From the NCBI GenBank assembly GCA_964270895.1, contig OZ185440.1: a stretch of DNA of 64,000 bases. One strand, 5' to 3'. Of this stretch, positions 25,675-38,566 are shown in pieces (within the stretch, counting starts at the first letter, position 1; each line of letters starts with the position of its first letter). The notes under the pieces are model-generated. The model did not search any database. It saw only the letters and a program-made list of their open reading frames with translations, and was not told where the DNA came from. Both the position numbers and the translations under genes were made by a program. Source of the DNA: Podarcis filfolensis (taxonomy: Eukaryota).

Positions 25675-27185
25675 GTGAGACATTTTACCTTGAACATATA
25701 GTTAGTGGCACCCCTATGTTAATTTGCACACATAATCACAATGGCAGTGTCAAAATAAAAATATAAATCCATCAGTGTATATTCTATTTTAAAAACTCTG
25801 CTTGCACAAAATGGCTTCTGTCCCTCTCTAAAATAAATACTGCCCATATAGGTGCACTGTTATTGTGCTACATAACCTTTCTTTCGGATACAATGGCCTT
25901 TTATAAACTGTTTTCTTACTCAGAGCTGCAGAACCAGTCCTCATTTCAACCTGCAACTGGCCGCCTCGATTTAATGCAGATTGCTATAATGAAAAGAAAA
26001 TAAGATATATTTGTATAGCAATACAAAAGCATTGTTAGCCATGCTGTTTACTAACACTCCCCATGTTCAAGTGCATGGATTACCTACAATCTCTTGTTGT
26101 GCAATAGTGTTTGCTTACCTGGCAGACGTTTGGCTTAGCCTGTCTATTTAAAAATCATCCACCCTATTCACATACTGAATATATATTTTTAATCAATAAA
26201 ATGCAGATTCATGAGTTGTTAACTTTACTCTAAGCATCATTGTCCTTTAAGTTAGTCCGGTGGTGTAGAATATCCATTGTAAATAGCTATTTTTATGCTT
26301 TAGTACTGGAGACTGGTTACTTTGAGGGGGGGTGGAGTATTGTTTGCACAATGAAAACGACTCTAATGAGCTACTGTTGTTTGTTTTCCTCTGATATAAT
26401 GGCTTGGGTTTAGTAAATAATGTTGCATCTGTTGTACAGCAATGGAAAATGTCAACACACAAGGATAAAAAGCAGGTGCTTGAGTAGAAAACATGGACAA
26501 AGATAATAAAAAATACCCTTTTTTAAAAAAAAGACCACTAGACCAAAATACATTTTAAGGGTTGGTTCCACAGAAACACAAGCAAAATTCAGTTCTTGAA
26601 GAAGGGTGTTTTGGGCCCTTCCTCCCCACTAAAGGTGGGGGTGCTTCCTACGCACCCCAAATAATGCTCCTGATAGTTCAGTGACCCTATGAAATGAATG
26701 GAAGAGGGTACAAGGGGGGCTGCAGTAGGATGCTGGAATTGGGCAGAATTTGAGAGGGCTGCCTTGCACAAGCATAAGTGCTTGGATTCATGCTTTGTCC
26801 TGTTGATCTTTGATTCTCGTTGTGATTGATATCTCAGTCGCTCATATATCTTTTCAACTTTCTGTCCACCCCAGTCCTAAACCCATTGGGCAGAATCTAA
26901 AGAAGCTTGAGCATTCCGAAGGCTGACTAAAATCATTGGAATTTCATTACTCAGTTCATACATTTAAAAGAACTAGCAGGCAGCAATAGTATTTTAAATC
27001 AAATTTATTTATAAAAGGTTTGTTTAATGTAGTGCATATATTCAAAGTAGCTTCATTTCAATGGAATTATATAAATAGCAAGTCCCACTGAACTCACTGA
27101 GGCTAACTTTTGAATAAGCATGTATATGATTGCACTGTTAGTGTATACCTGAAAAGCAGCTTCACATAAGTTAACTTAACGGTGT

Positions 27186-27267
27186 TATCTTGTACATGTC
27201 TGCTCAGAAATTAGCCCCACTGAATTCAATGGGACTTGCTCCCAGAGTAAGTGTGTATATAGGATTA
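27186..27267. repeat. About 80-bp palindromic dispersed repeat (representative copy)
   Basis: Core CCCACTGAATTCAATGGG flanked by catg..ctcagaa / gtaagtgtgtatataggatt. Related copies elsewhere in the window. Confidence 0.7.
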
Positions 27268-28231
27268 CTCAAATCATTGTTCAGATAATTTTATTGCAGG
27301 TTTCTTTGTAAAGAGTTCAGGTGTTTTTTGCATTATCTGGTCTTGTGTATTTATTGTGTTATCTGGTCAAGCATTTTGCCTGTGAGACGGTTACAGGATT
27401 TTAATTAATTAATTAATTAGTCTAAATATTTTATGCTTTAAAAAGCAATTTGGCACTTGACAATTATTCCCTCAATCAAAATTCCCTAAGCCCTTTCTGC
27501 CCAACAATTAAATTACCTATCACCACTATGCAGTAAACTATAGGTTTAATAATGTGTTATAAGAGGAGGATTTATTTTAATTAGTTGTTTTCTGAGCTGT
27601 TATTAAGAAATGAATAAAGATGGATGTGATATTGAAATATACATCATAGAACTGCAGTGTGGAAAGGGAGTTCTTCTGACACAAGATGTCAACCTGAATA
27701 CTTGGAGAAGAATTTGCTTTCCAAAAATGGGGCTTTTGCATGCTTAAAATTAGAAATAAGAGAAAAGCATTTTCCTCCTGCTACTTCACTCTAGCTAAGT
27801 TTATGGAGGACAGGCCAAAGGAAACAGGACCTCCAGCACTGTCCTACCTTAATAAGGACAGGACAGCACTTGACTCTTGGCAGAGTAAGAGCCAGGTACC
27901 AAGAGCTAGGAGTAAAGAGCCAGGTGCAGTGGCCCAAAGTTACAGCCTGAACTACAAATCCTTTATCATCCTCCTAAGTCAGGAGAAGTTGATAGGCAGC
28001 TGGATGGGCTACTTCTCTTGAGTTGTAGGGTCTGTGCTGCCTTGTTCACTCAGGATGGAATCTCAGTGATAAAACTAAGGAGAGACTGTCTGCTTCCCAG
28101 AATTTGTATATGGTTCCTAGGATCAACATGGTTCAGCTCATTGTCAGAATAGAGGTGAGTCCAGTATGTCAAAGGACACAGGAGTTGTGCATCCCATTAT
28201 TTTGACCACAAACATGTGCAGGAGAGATGTG

Positions 28232-28570
28232 ATAATAATAATTTTATTATTTATACCCCACCCATCTGGTTGTGTTTCCCCAGCCACTCTGGACAGCTTA
28301 CAGCATATCTAAAAACATAATAAAAACATCAAGCGTTAAAAACCTCCCAATACAGGGCTGCCTTCAGATGTCTTCTAAAAGTTGTGTAATTCTTTATGTC
28401 CTTGACAATTGAAGAGAGGGTGTTCCACAGGGAGGGCGCCACCACCGAAAAGGCCCTCTGCCTGGTTCCCTGTAACTTCGCTTCTCGCAGTGAGGGAACC
28501 AGCAGAAGACCCTCGGAAGAGGACCTCGCTGAGCGATGGGGGTGGAGACGTTCCTTCCGGTATATATAGC
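28232..28570 (-). mobile_element. L2 LINE 3' end (well preserved)
   Basis: (ATT)n tail, ttatacccc..., cagggctgccttcagatgtcttctaaaa, gttccacagggagggcgccaccaccgaaaaggccctctgcctgg. Confidence 0.85.
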
Positions 28571-29029
28571 CTAGATATTGGGGAAATGTTGCAACATGTA
28601 GTAAGAGGTTGCCTATTTCCTAAGACAAGTTGCTTCACAGAATGTAATAGAACGTAGTCAAACATCTTGGAGAGAAGGCCTTTTTGACCATAGCAGAAAA
28701 ACAACCACAAAATCAGGTGCTTGAAAGAGATTGATATCTGGGACAATTTGCAACAGGAAGAATCTACACTGGTTTATGCATTTATTTAAAATTACTATTC
28801 AAAGCTTGCCCCCCCGCCAAAGTCTTATTCCAAAATGTGTTAGGCCTGAAACAGATTCATCTTCAACCACTTGGGAGTTCCTTCCTCTCTCTTTTCCAAC
28901 CATCGCAGCCATTGATGGGACATTGAGTTAAAATTAATCAGATACAATGCAGTGGCAGTCTCAGTAACTAAGTTACAGAAAGAAAAGGGAAAGTTGCTAA
29001 AAACCTGTGTGTCCTTCTTCTTTCTTCAG

Positions 29030-29245
29030 GCTATTAGGCTATCTCTAGAGCAGGCTTTGCCTCCAGAGCCAAAAGATGAGAGCCCGGAATCAGTGAGTAA
29101 GCTGCGTATCCGAACACCTAGTGGAGAATTCTTTGAACGACGTTTCCTTGCCAATAGCAAGCTGCAGGTCGTCTTTGATTTTGTGGCTTCCAAGGGATAT
29201 CCTTGGGAAGAATTCAAGCTACTAGGGACTTTTCCCAGGAGAGAC
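29030..29245 (+). CDS. FAF1: FAF1 coding exon (about exon 18; UBX domain), 216 bp, phase 0 to 0
   Basis: Acceptor ccttcttctttcttcag, donor gtaagt. Translates AIRLSLEQALPPEPKDESPESVSKLRIRTPSGEFFERRFLANSKLQVVFDFVASKGYPWEEFKLLGTFPRRD, with the UBX FPR loop. Confidence 0.98.
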
Positions 29246-31244
29246 GTAAGTAAAGCAACTTCCTTTGGCATTCCTATTCTGCTTATTTATCAAGTTACAA
29301 TGTATGGGTTGTTCCGCATACCTCAAGCACATACAACAGTTGTGCGTTCTAATCCGTCTGCAGCATAATGATCTGCACGTAATAGTACAGCATGGATAAA
29401 TTATGTTTGTTCTAGTACTGAAAAGCCGCCACCCGTGCTCATGTGAATGCTCCCCTAGCATAGGAGTAATTAAATAGAAATGTGTATTTGAAAATGGATC
29501 TCAGACTAAAACTGACTGCCTCCACTTCTAACATTATCTTATGCTTTGATTACTCTTGAGTATTTTGTGTGTACACATAGTTAAAATGTCCGTATTCTCC
29601 TTCAAACTGAAGTCAGTTAACTCCATGTCATTTGTGACCATTTTGACTTGGCTCGAGAGCGGATAACATTTGTTGTTGTGTAAAAACATAGCTCTGTTGG
29701 TTAGTGTGTGACATCTTTAACAGAGTCCCCTATTGTGTGTTTTTTTTCACGTAGCTTGGCCCAAGCTGAATTACCTTGCTTGCATATTTGCTTTTGTAGA
29801 AGCAGCAATAAGCATTCTTCTCTAATGAGTTCATGGCCTAAATGCAATAAGCCTGCCTGAAGTCACTGGGCTGCTTCACGCATAACACTAAACCATAGCT
29901 TTCATGCTTTTCCACACCCCCTTCCTGTTCTGTGCGTCCATAGGAATATGTCTTCTCATTTCAATTGATCTCAGTCTGGTGTTGTGTGCCAGCCAGGGAT
30001 CCTGGTTTAAAATAAACATTGGTCAGTTGCTAAACAAGCCAACTTCAAGCTGGCCATTGTTAAGCAAGCCCACTATTTGCAACTAGCAATGCGCAAGTTC
30101 TTGCTAGTTATGCCTACTACTCTGTAGTATTTGTGAATTTGCTATCAGAATAAAAGGCTTTGGCTGCTTTCTTATTCCTATACTGAAGTCAGTTACTGTT
30201 CTATTTTGTCCTCACCGTTTTCTCATTAAGAATATGAATTATGCTGCCATTTTTACAGTGAGATACTCTGAAAAACCGTTCGTTGCTTTTGGATTAGCAT
30301 ATACTTGTAGCATCTGTAATCAACCTTTGTGGGGGATTTATAATTTTGCACTAAGTAACATGCATTTTTTCCATTCGGGGGGCACAACTTTCTGGGAAAC
30401 TCTGTTTCTAAATGCTTGTAAGGATGTGGGATGCTGGCAGCTATTGTGGCATTGGGCCTTTCTTTTATTCTACAATTAGAAAGCAAAAGGGTTGGTAATC
30501 AAACTTATGCAATCTGAATAATTTGCCTAGTAATGCATCAGCACCCACCATGAGACAGAAATTGTTAAATTTGTGGGGAAACCTCAAACCCATTCTGAAG
30601 TCAGAACAAACTTTTCAGAATAATAAAACAAGATAAAAATTTTCTAAATGAGCAGAAATTATTGCAAACATTAGAATTTGTAATGGTTTTGTTTGGAATC
30701 CTCTGTGTTCCCATCATTTAACCCCCATTCCAGCTAAGAGACTTTCCAAAGTTTCCCTAGCTTTTCACACTGCTGTTTATCAATGCTCTAGCAAGAGCTT
30801 TAAACTCTTCTCCTTCAAAGTCCTTCCATAGCATGTTCTTCAAGAAGGTTCTCCTATTACTACTTAAGGTGCTTCTGTGCTGTTTTTTTTAAATATGAGA
30901 ATTTGTAATCCTATGGAACAGCTGTCTAATTAAGTATTGAATACTCTTTTTTCACAGTCTGGATGGTAGTGATCAGCAGTTGTAATGTAGCATCAGGTAG
31001 TTCCTTTTAATTATAAAGTTAACGGTCTCATCCTTTACACTCTGAGCTCTTCCTGCAAAATACTAGGCCATTTGACTATAATAGGCTTTTATATGGAGCT
31101 GAGTACACTCCAGGACTAATCACACAAGATGCTGTATGATTAAGGAATTGTAAATGTTAACCATTTCTTAAATGTTATGAAACACCTGCTTGCTGTAGAA
31201 CAGCCTTGAGCAACTAATTTCTAATCAGTGTTGTTGTATATTTA

Positions 31245-31480
31245 TTTGTTTGTTTGTTTGTTTGTTTATTCGCTTTATCCTGACGGTCTAGAGCAGGCGA
31301 CAGGGTTTCTAATTATTATTTAAAACCTGATTATGTCACCCTTCATCATATCAGACTTCAGGCATAGCTGTCAAAGTTTCCCTTTTTAAAAAAGGGAAAT
31401 TCCCTTATTCCGAATAGGATTTCCCTTAAAAAAGGGGAAAAGTTGACAGCTTTGGCTCAGGGCAGTGCACAACAGTGCGA
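31245..31480 (-). mobile_element. L2-type tail with nested 92-bp hairpin MITE (31363-31454)
   Basis: (TTTG)5 tail. The MITE has TIRs CATAGCTGTCAA / TTGACAGCTTTG and a self-complementary body. Confidence 0.7.
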
Positions 31481-33768
31481 GACCCTCCAGAACAGCATGG
31501 GAGGGAGTGCTCCTCCCCTCTTCTCTCAAGATCAAAGGCAATATATTTTAAACAAACATATAGCTACAGTTATTAACCTTACGTGCAAAGCCAGTGCTTT
31601 TTAGTACTCAAGCAAACCGCTGGGTCTATGAAGTCTGAAAAAGTGAACTTGAGCTTAACTTCTGTGGAAGTGTTTTTTTAAATTTGAGTCCATCCCCATT
31701 CAGTTTATTCAAGGGTCTTTCTAGCATAGTCTGCTCAAGCCTCTTCTTAACTTTGCACTTCTAACAGTATCACTATATTTAGACCGAAATCCCCTGACAG
31801 GATAAGAATTATAAAGTTCTTTGTACATTGAAAAGTGCTCCAGAGGGTGTTAATTCTTAATAATACTGAAGTACAAAAATAATGATACAACTCTGTTTTA
31901 ATTTCTCTGCCCCGTTTATTATGTCTTGGGAATTTGCAGATCAAAATGAGAGACAATTCCTACAAAAAGAAAGATTTGTGCTCGTTGCCTTTGTTTTACA
32001 GGATTTCCCCCCTCAGAACAGCAAAGAAACGTGTAATAATGCAGATGAGTCAACTCTTGTAGATAGTATAAAATGTCTGTGAAGGAATCCCATTATCCGC
32101 TAATTAGGTTTATCCCCATCCAAGCATGTAATCTCATTTTCAGTGGAACCAAAGTGGAAAAAAAACCATTCAGAGATGGCTGCCATGTTACAGATCTTCT
32201 TCCTTCCTCGAAAAAAGCTGAAGCAAAGATTTTACATCTAAAGCGTGATGTTTCTCTAAATACCTAAAGATCTTCTTCTCTAACAGTTTTCTTACGCTTT
32301 AAGAACAGTGTTACCACCTCACACAAAAGCAATTGCCTTCAGAAAGTAGCCTTTGCTTTTTTTAATTTTAAGAATAGTATTCCACTGAGTTAGATCTCTG
32401 TGACACTGTGGAAGGAAGAATGCCATCAAATGGTATAACTTTTTATTCAAAGTTATAATCTGCAACATTCTTAAGTCCCATTTGTACTCTTAGTTTAATT
32501 CTGACTGTGTAATGTCATGATCAAATTTTTATTTAACCGATTCTGAAAGGTTAAAGGGGACTTGTTGCAAGTAGTATCTGCTCATGATCTACCCTGAAAA
32601 AATACAGAAGATAATGTCCTTAGGCAGCCGCTTTAGCTTTGCCCCAGATAGTGTGTGAATTGATTTAACTTACACCGTCAGTGCAATATGCTGCAGTTAC
32701 TGGGGCATAAGCAGAGGGATCTGCAGCAACAGGGCAAATAGGATAGTAGTAGCTTAAGGTAGTAGAAGTGTTCAGTAATTTGGATGGCTTTGATGTTTTC
32801 TATGCAAAAGAGAAGCTTTGAGCAGGAAGAATTTTCACAGAATCTCTGTCACTCACTCTGTCACTCATTCACATACACATACAAACACCCAGCCATTCAG
32901 AGAATATGTTCTCAGTGATGGCATTACTGTACTGTTTAGCCAATGAGATTTGGCTATATAATGACATCACAGAATCACTCCCTTTGCCACCACTTCAAAT
33001 AGAGGGGGCAAGTATGAAGAAGCCTGCCCCTGCTTTTTACTTGGTTGGATTAAACAGTCACCTGTCTTAGCATGCTGTGATAGTTTGATTGTTGACTAGT
33101 GCAACAAAATTGGCATTAGTCCAGTTGCCTCAGTAGTAGACGGGATTAGTGCAGCATTGGTCCAGTTGCCCTTACCAATAGATTTCAAATCACACTGGTT
33201 AAGAATTGTACAAATTCAGAACACCCAAAATGAGATGTAATATTGCTCTTCTTGACATCTCAAATTATGGAAACTTTGAAGTGGCTCAGAATACAGCACA
33301 CTTCTTTGACAAAATGGTTTGTCAGAAGCAAAATATGAGTAAAGCCACCAGTCTAGGTATCCCAATAAATATTGAAATAGGTTCACGTCTCCAGTAAATA
33401 TGAATTCATTAATTCCTTCTTGTACATTCCAGTCACTTTAACATATATCCTTGGCTGACAAAGTCAGTATCTTAACCCTACTGTAAATACAAACTTCTAC
33501 AGTAAATACAAATATTAACTTATTCTAGATATAACTTGTAGCTTTTAAAATATCAGTGACATCCCAAAGCACCTAAAATGGGAAAGGCACTATGATAGGT
33601 ATTACCTGCATTGGTGTAGAGGGTTGAGCCAACTCCTCCTTACTCTCTGACTCAATAAAAATATACAATAAATGCGTACAACTGCATTTTGAAATCATTA
33701 ACAACTTGGAGTTGTTTGCAACTGTATAACAAGGTTAAAGAGCATTAGAATGTTGTGGAATACTTGTA

Positions 33769-33994
33769 CAGTGGTACCTCAGGTTAAGTACTTAATTCGT
33801 TCCAGAGGTCTGTTCTTAACCTGAAACTGTTCTTAACCTGAAGCACCACTTTAGCTAATGGGGCCTCCCGCTGCCGCTGCGCTGTCAGAGCACAATTTCT
33901 GATCTTATCCTGAAGCAAAGTTCTTAACCCGAGGTACTATTTCTGGGTTAGCAGAGTCTGTAACCTGAAGCGTATGTAACCCGAGGTACCACTG
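33769..33994. mobile_element. Tc1/mariner-type MITE (226 bp)
   Basis: TIR CAGTGGTACCTCAGGTTA / TAACCCGAGGTACCACTG (1 mismatch), TA TSD on both sides. Confidence 0.93.
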
Positions 33995-34330
33995 TACGTT
34001 CTTTGCCATTACCATTTGTTATGGTTCAAAGTTGGTGCCAGCATCTGAAAGAGAAAAGAGAGGAGAGTTCAGTGCTTGTTTCCACAGAAGTCTTAACATT
34101 GCCTGGTCCTCATTTCAGATGGTATTTAAGAGCTCTATACGCTCATTTAAAGTATGTGTTCAAATGCTCAGACGTACTTAGAAGTACACCTAGACGCATG
34201 TTCCAACATTCACCTATATATGAGTATGCTCAAAGTGGGGATGGGGGTAGGAGCATGCATGCAAGGCTTCTTACAGTGTGCTTGCACCTGTTGTTCTCCC
34301 CTTAGTCCTCAGCCCTCTCCGTGTTGAGTA

Positions 34331-34512
34331 GCACCAGTGTGGTGTAATGGTTAGGGTGTTGAACTAGGACCCAGGAGATCAGCATTCCAATCCCCACTTT
34401 GCCATTTAGCTTACTGGGTGACCTAGGACCAGACACTGCCTCTCAGCCTAACCTACCCGACAGGGTGGTTGTGAGAATTTAGGAAGGGGAGAACCATGTA
34501 CACCACCTTGAG
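34331..34512 (+). mobile_element. tRNA-derived CORE-type SINE (Squam3/MIR-like)
   Basis: A box TGGTGTAATGG (34340-34350), degenerate B box ATTCCAATCC, then ctgggtgacctagg...ctctcagcctaacctacc...cagggtggttgtgag core. Confidence 0.8.
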
Positions 34513-37500
34513 TATAAAGTCTTGCACAATCTGTTTCAAAGTTCCTGGTTTTGTGAAGAGCAGAAGCACCCTGCAGACCTTCCTCACTTAGCAGAGGGAA
34601 AGTCAGGGACCGAGCCCTCCATGACAAGGTGAAAGGTGACATGGGAGGCTGCAGGGTGAATGGCAGGCCAACCAAAATTGCCTTCCCTCCTCTTCCATTT
34701 ACAAAAACATCAATCATTCAGTCAAAAGATCTTCAATGAGTGGGAGAACAGCAATTCCATGTAATTACACATATATTAGGAAATCTCCGAAGCAGAAGGA
34801 AATTGTAGAAAGCCATGTTCGCCCATTAAAAAAAATAATCCAAAAGGAACAGTGCAGTATATCTTTATGAGGACCAACTAAAAGATCTTAGAGAAGTGAG
34901 CAAGCCATCGAAAACTTGATCACTTTTTGTGACCTTTCAGTTGGCTATAATAAAGATAATGTTTGACTGTTTCTTTTACCTGTGAGAAATAATATCCTTT
35001 TATTGCCAAGGTGACAACTCAAGAGAGGTGGAGTTGACCACTCAAGAGAGGTTATGACACTGGGTTTTTGTATGGCATTTGACACACAGACAAGGCTCCT
35101 TCACATCTCCCAAGAGCTCTGGCATGTCTTAACAGTCTGCACCTGCAATTTCCCTTTGTAATAAAAATTAAACCCTGTTTTTTTTCCTGCCCTGCATTTC
35201 CTCTTTAAAAGTACACCAGTGAACTCCATTTATCAGAGAGTATGTCTTTTACAGACTGTGTACTGGGGACTTAAGCTCTTTATTTACTGTATCTGGAAGC
35301 CTTAGTAAGCTAGGACGTCTACAGTATTTCACATTTATTTATCTGAGCTGTAGCTTAGGATCAGGTGGCAGTTAAGTCACTTAAGGTTATTCAAATGCAT
35401 CTAAAATGTTGCTTAATAATTCAGAACCAGTTTGCTCTGTTTAGAGTATTATGCTTTTAAAAATCCCTTTAATTAGTCAATTCCAACAGCAGTTTAAATA
35501 AACAAGAAGGGGGGGGTAACTATCTCTCTTTCCTCCCTTACAAAGGAGTAGTTAAAATAAATTTAATCTGACTGAAATAATATAGTTCATCCACTCAAGA
35601 GAAGGATTTAGGCTGGTTTAGAGCCAGATTGTGTCTAGCAATGGCATGACTATAAAATACAGGTTAAAGATTAAAAACACTTCCGCCTTTGCCCTTCTTC
35701 CCTTTCCTTGGTTTTGTTTTTGGTAAGAAGCAGGTGTTGGTGTTGTTTTGCACAGTTTATGCACTAGAGAGGGGAGCTTGATGTTGCAAGCAAGAAGCTA
35801 TATTGCAATGTGTATCATATTTCTGAATACAGGAATTGTGTATTTCTGAATTAGTCTACTATCCACAGTAGCCATCAGGATACCTATGGAAGGAACGACT
35901 ATGCTGTTATTTGTCTCTAATATTTGATATTTGAATGCTTACGGCTGTTGACCATGCACAATTTGTTTTTGTTTATGCTTTCATGATTGTCATCGATCTA
36001 GCTTCCATAATTTTGTTGATAATTCTTTTTAAAAGATCCATCTATGTTAGTAGCCAGAATAACAACTCGCATTAGTAATTTCCATACACTTATGGAAATT
36101 TTTTTCCCTTTATTCTGTCTTGAACCTACTGCCAATGATCCCAGACATACTTTTAGTAACATGATAAAGACAAATCTCCCTCTTCTGTATTGACACTTTT
36201 CATAATATATGTCTACACAGAAATAAGTTCCAATGAGTGAGTATATGATTGCAACCTGCCACCTTTTTCAAAATTGCTTCTAGAGCTGAAAAGAAATATT
36301 GAATAGTCTAAGCTGAGTGCTAAATACTCAGTAGGCATCTTAATTTGACAGTTCGTTTCTCAGAAAATGACCAACTAAACATGTTGAACACTACATACAG
36401 CTGTCTACAAGATGAAAGTATTCTGTTCAAATGCACTACCAGTCTCTTCTCTCTTCCACCCACCCCCAATTTTCACTATGGTCCTTTCTCTCAACTGGTT
36501 TCAAACTTTACTTGATTAGTGTGTTGTCTGATCATTCTCAGACGGTGCTGGGGGAAGTTGCCTCTTTGGGTCACCTGTTAAACAATCTTGGGGTGTGTGC
36601 GTATGTGTTATTTTTTTCTCATGCTTGGCTTTTATTTTATGAATTTTTGCTAGAAGAAAGAAAGTGTAGTAGCAAAATGCCAAGAAATAGCCTTGGCAAC
36701 ATTAAGATATTAACATTGCTGTGTCTGCTAACTAGAAAATTTAATGATCTCCTGCTGTTTTGGTAATTGGACAAGTAAATGCATCTTAATAAGGCTCTGA
36801 TCCTCAAAGTGATCCTTCAGCTCTAGCCCTGTTCATTCCGATGGGGTTTGCACTGCCAGAACTCTTTAAGAATCTGTAAATTGCCACTGCATTTTTGTAT
36901 ACATGTTATTGATTTAATCTGTATATCAGTCAGTCATATTGTAGCATCTGCACATCTTCTGTTCACCATTCTAAATGTTTTAGAAACACTTCCCTACATT
37001 GCTAACTAGAAATGTGCATTCAAATTAAAGGCCAATCCCTTCTTAGCATACAATCTATATTTAGTCCTCTGTGTCTCAAACTCTGTTTGGTTTGAAAACA
37101 TTCATATATAGCTTTTTTCATAGTTCAGCACAGGTACTTTCACTTATGGCTTCAGATATTCTCATGCTCAGAAAATTGAGGGAATAAAATATTTTCTTAG
37201 CATCTTACAATGCATATATGTTAACTGTTAAACTGAAATAATTCACAAGCCTATAAAGTGAGTGCATAGTGCAGTGACCTTTAGCAACCCACAGAGGAAA
37301 ATGTTACACTAGATTCCATTTTAGAAGCACTCAAAATTCACAGTTGTCGTCATCATTATCAACATTCCTCAGCAAAATCATTGTGCCAGCTGTTGTCCTT
37401 GACAACTGTAAAAATGAAGCGCCAGTGTAAAGTTTCCAACACATAAACATATTCTTTTGGTTAAATTAATATCCCAAGCTTCCTCCCAAAGGAGCTCAGG

Positions 37501-38327
37501 GTGATAAAACAATAAAGATGAACAATAAAATAGATGGATAATAAAAGTTGAAACACTGTATAATTGTACTAAATATTTCCTCCAAATACTATGAAAAATC
37601 CCATTTTTCAAGAAACTGGAAAAAACCTCTTCAATCTCATATGAGGCTACTTTGGTTCTTCCCATTTTGTCTTGTCACTAATGCTTACAATGTTGTTCTG
37701 TTTGTCGCAAATGGGTAAATATCTTTTAACAGAAACCAAACAATCTCTTTATCTGAATAGGTTGTTAAACTAGACAAAATGTTTAAAGGAATTTTCCCTT
37801 GGACCATCACATAAAGGACATTTCACTACATTCTCCACCTGTTTCAAATTCCAGATGCAAATCCATTGGGAGATAGGTATCTACTATCCAGAAGGCATAA
37901 TCTATAGGCGTTCTAGAAGAGCCCAAAATAGAGGGGAAACCTTCTGCTCTTCTAGATTTCTACATGTGCCAAAATGGCCTTTAAGTAGTTTGCAACTATA
38001 AAATCCATCCATAATTAAAATACACAATAGAAATTCCATCAGAGCATTAAAACATCCTAAATTAAAAATTATAAACCTTTTAAGAAATTTCTTCAACCCT
38101 CGGTGAGTAAAAGACAGTAGTACCAAGCTATTTGCATACATTGATTCAAATGTTTCTCCCATGTGTTGCAGGGGAGCATGCATCCTAGGTTTCCAGTCTA
38201 TGGACTATGTCATGTGTTTAGATGTCATTTATGTAGGATAGGTGTGAATAGGCAGCCTGGCTTTACTCCTCTATTGACCATCATGTGTTTGGTGAGATTG
38301 CTCTGCACCATACCTCACTCCTTATAT

Positions 38328-38566
38328 TAGGGTTGCCATATTCCCAAAGGTGAAAATCCAAACAAAGTTGCTGAGCTTTTGGGGGAACATCCCCCCAAAT
38401 ATCATTTGGGGGCTTTCCTTTTATTTTCCCTGATTATTATTAATTAAAAAAAAATAGCTCTACTTGCCATACTTCCGGGTTTTCCTGGACATTTTGCCAA
38501 TTCAGCAAAAATCCGCCTGGATGCCATTTAGCATAGTGATTTCAGGACGTGTCCAATTAGACCCTG
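38328..38566. mobile_element. hAT-like non-autonomous element (TAGGGTTGCCA terminus)
   Basis: Left end TAGGGTTGCCATA, degenerate right end ACCCT. No TSD recovered. Confidence 0.5.

Noticed and set aside
26114-26125. CTTACCTGGCAG resembling the U1 snRNA 5' end
   Set aside because: Only 12 nt match and no U1 body follows. It is equally a chance antisense donor (CAG|GTAAGC).
28952-29368. 138-aa ORF as a standalone gene
   Set aside because: It is FAF1 exon 29030-29245 plus open intronic flanks.
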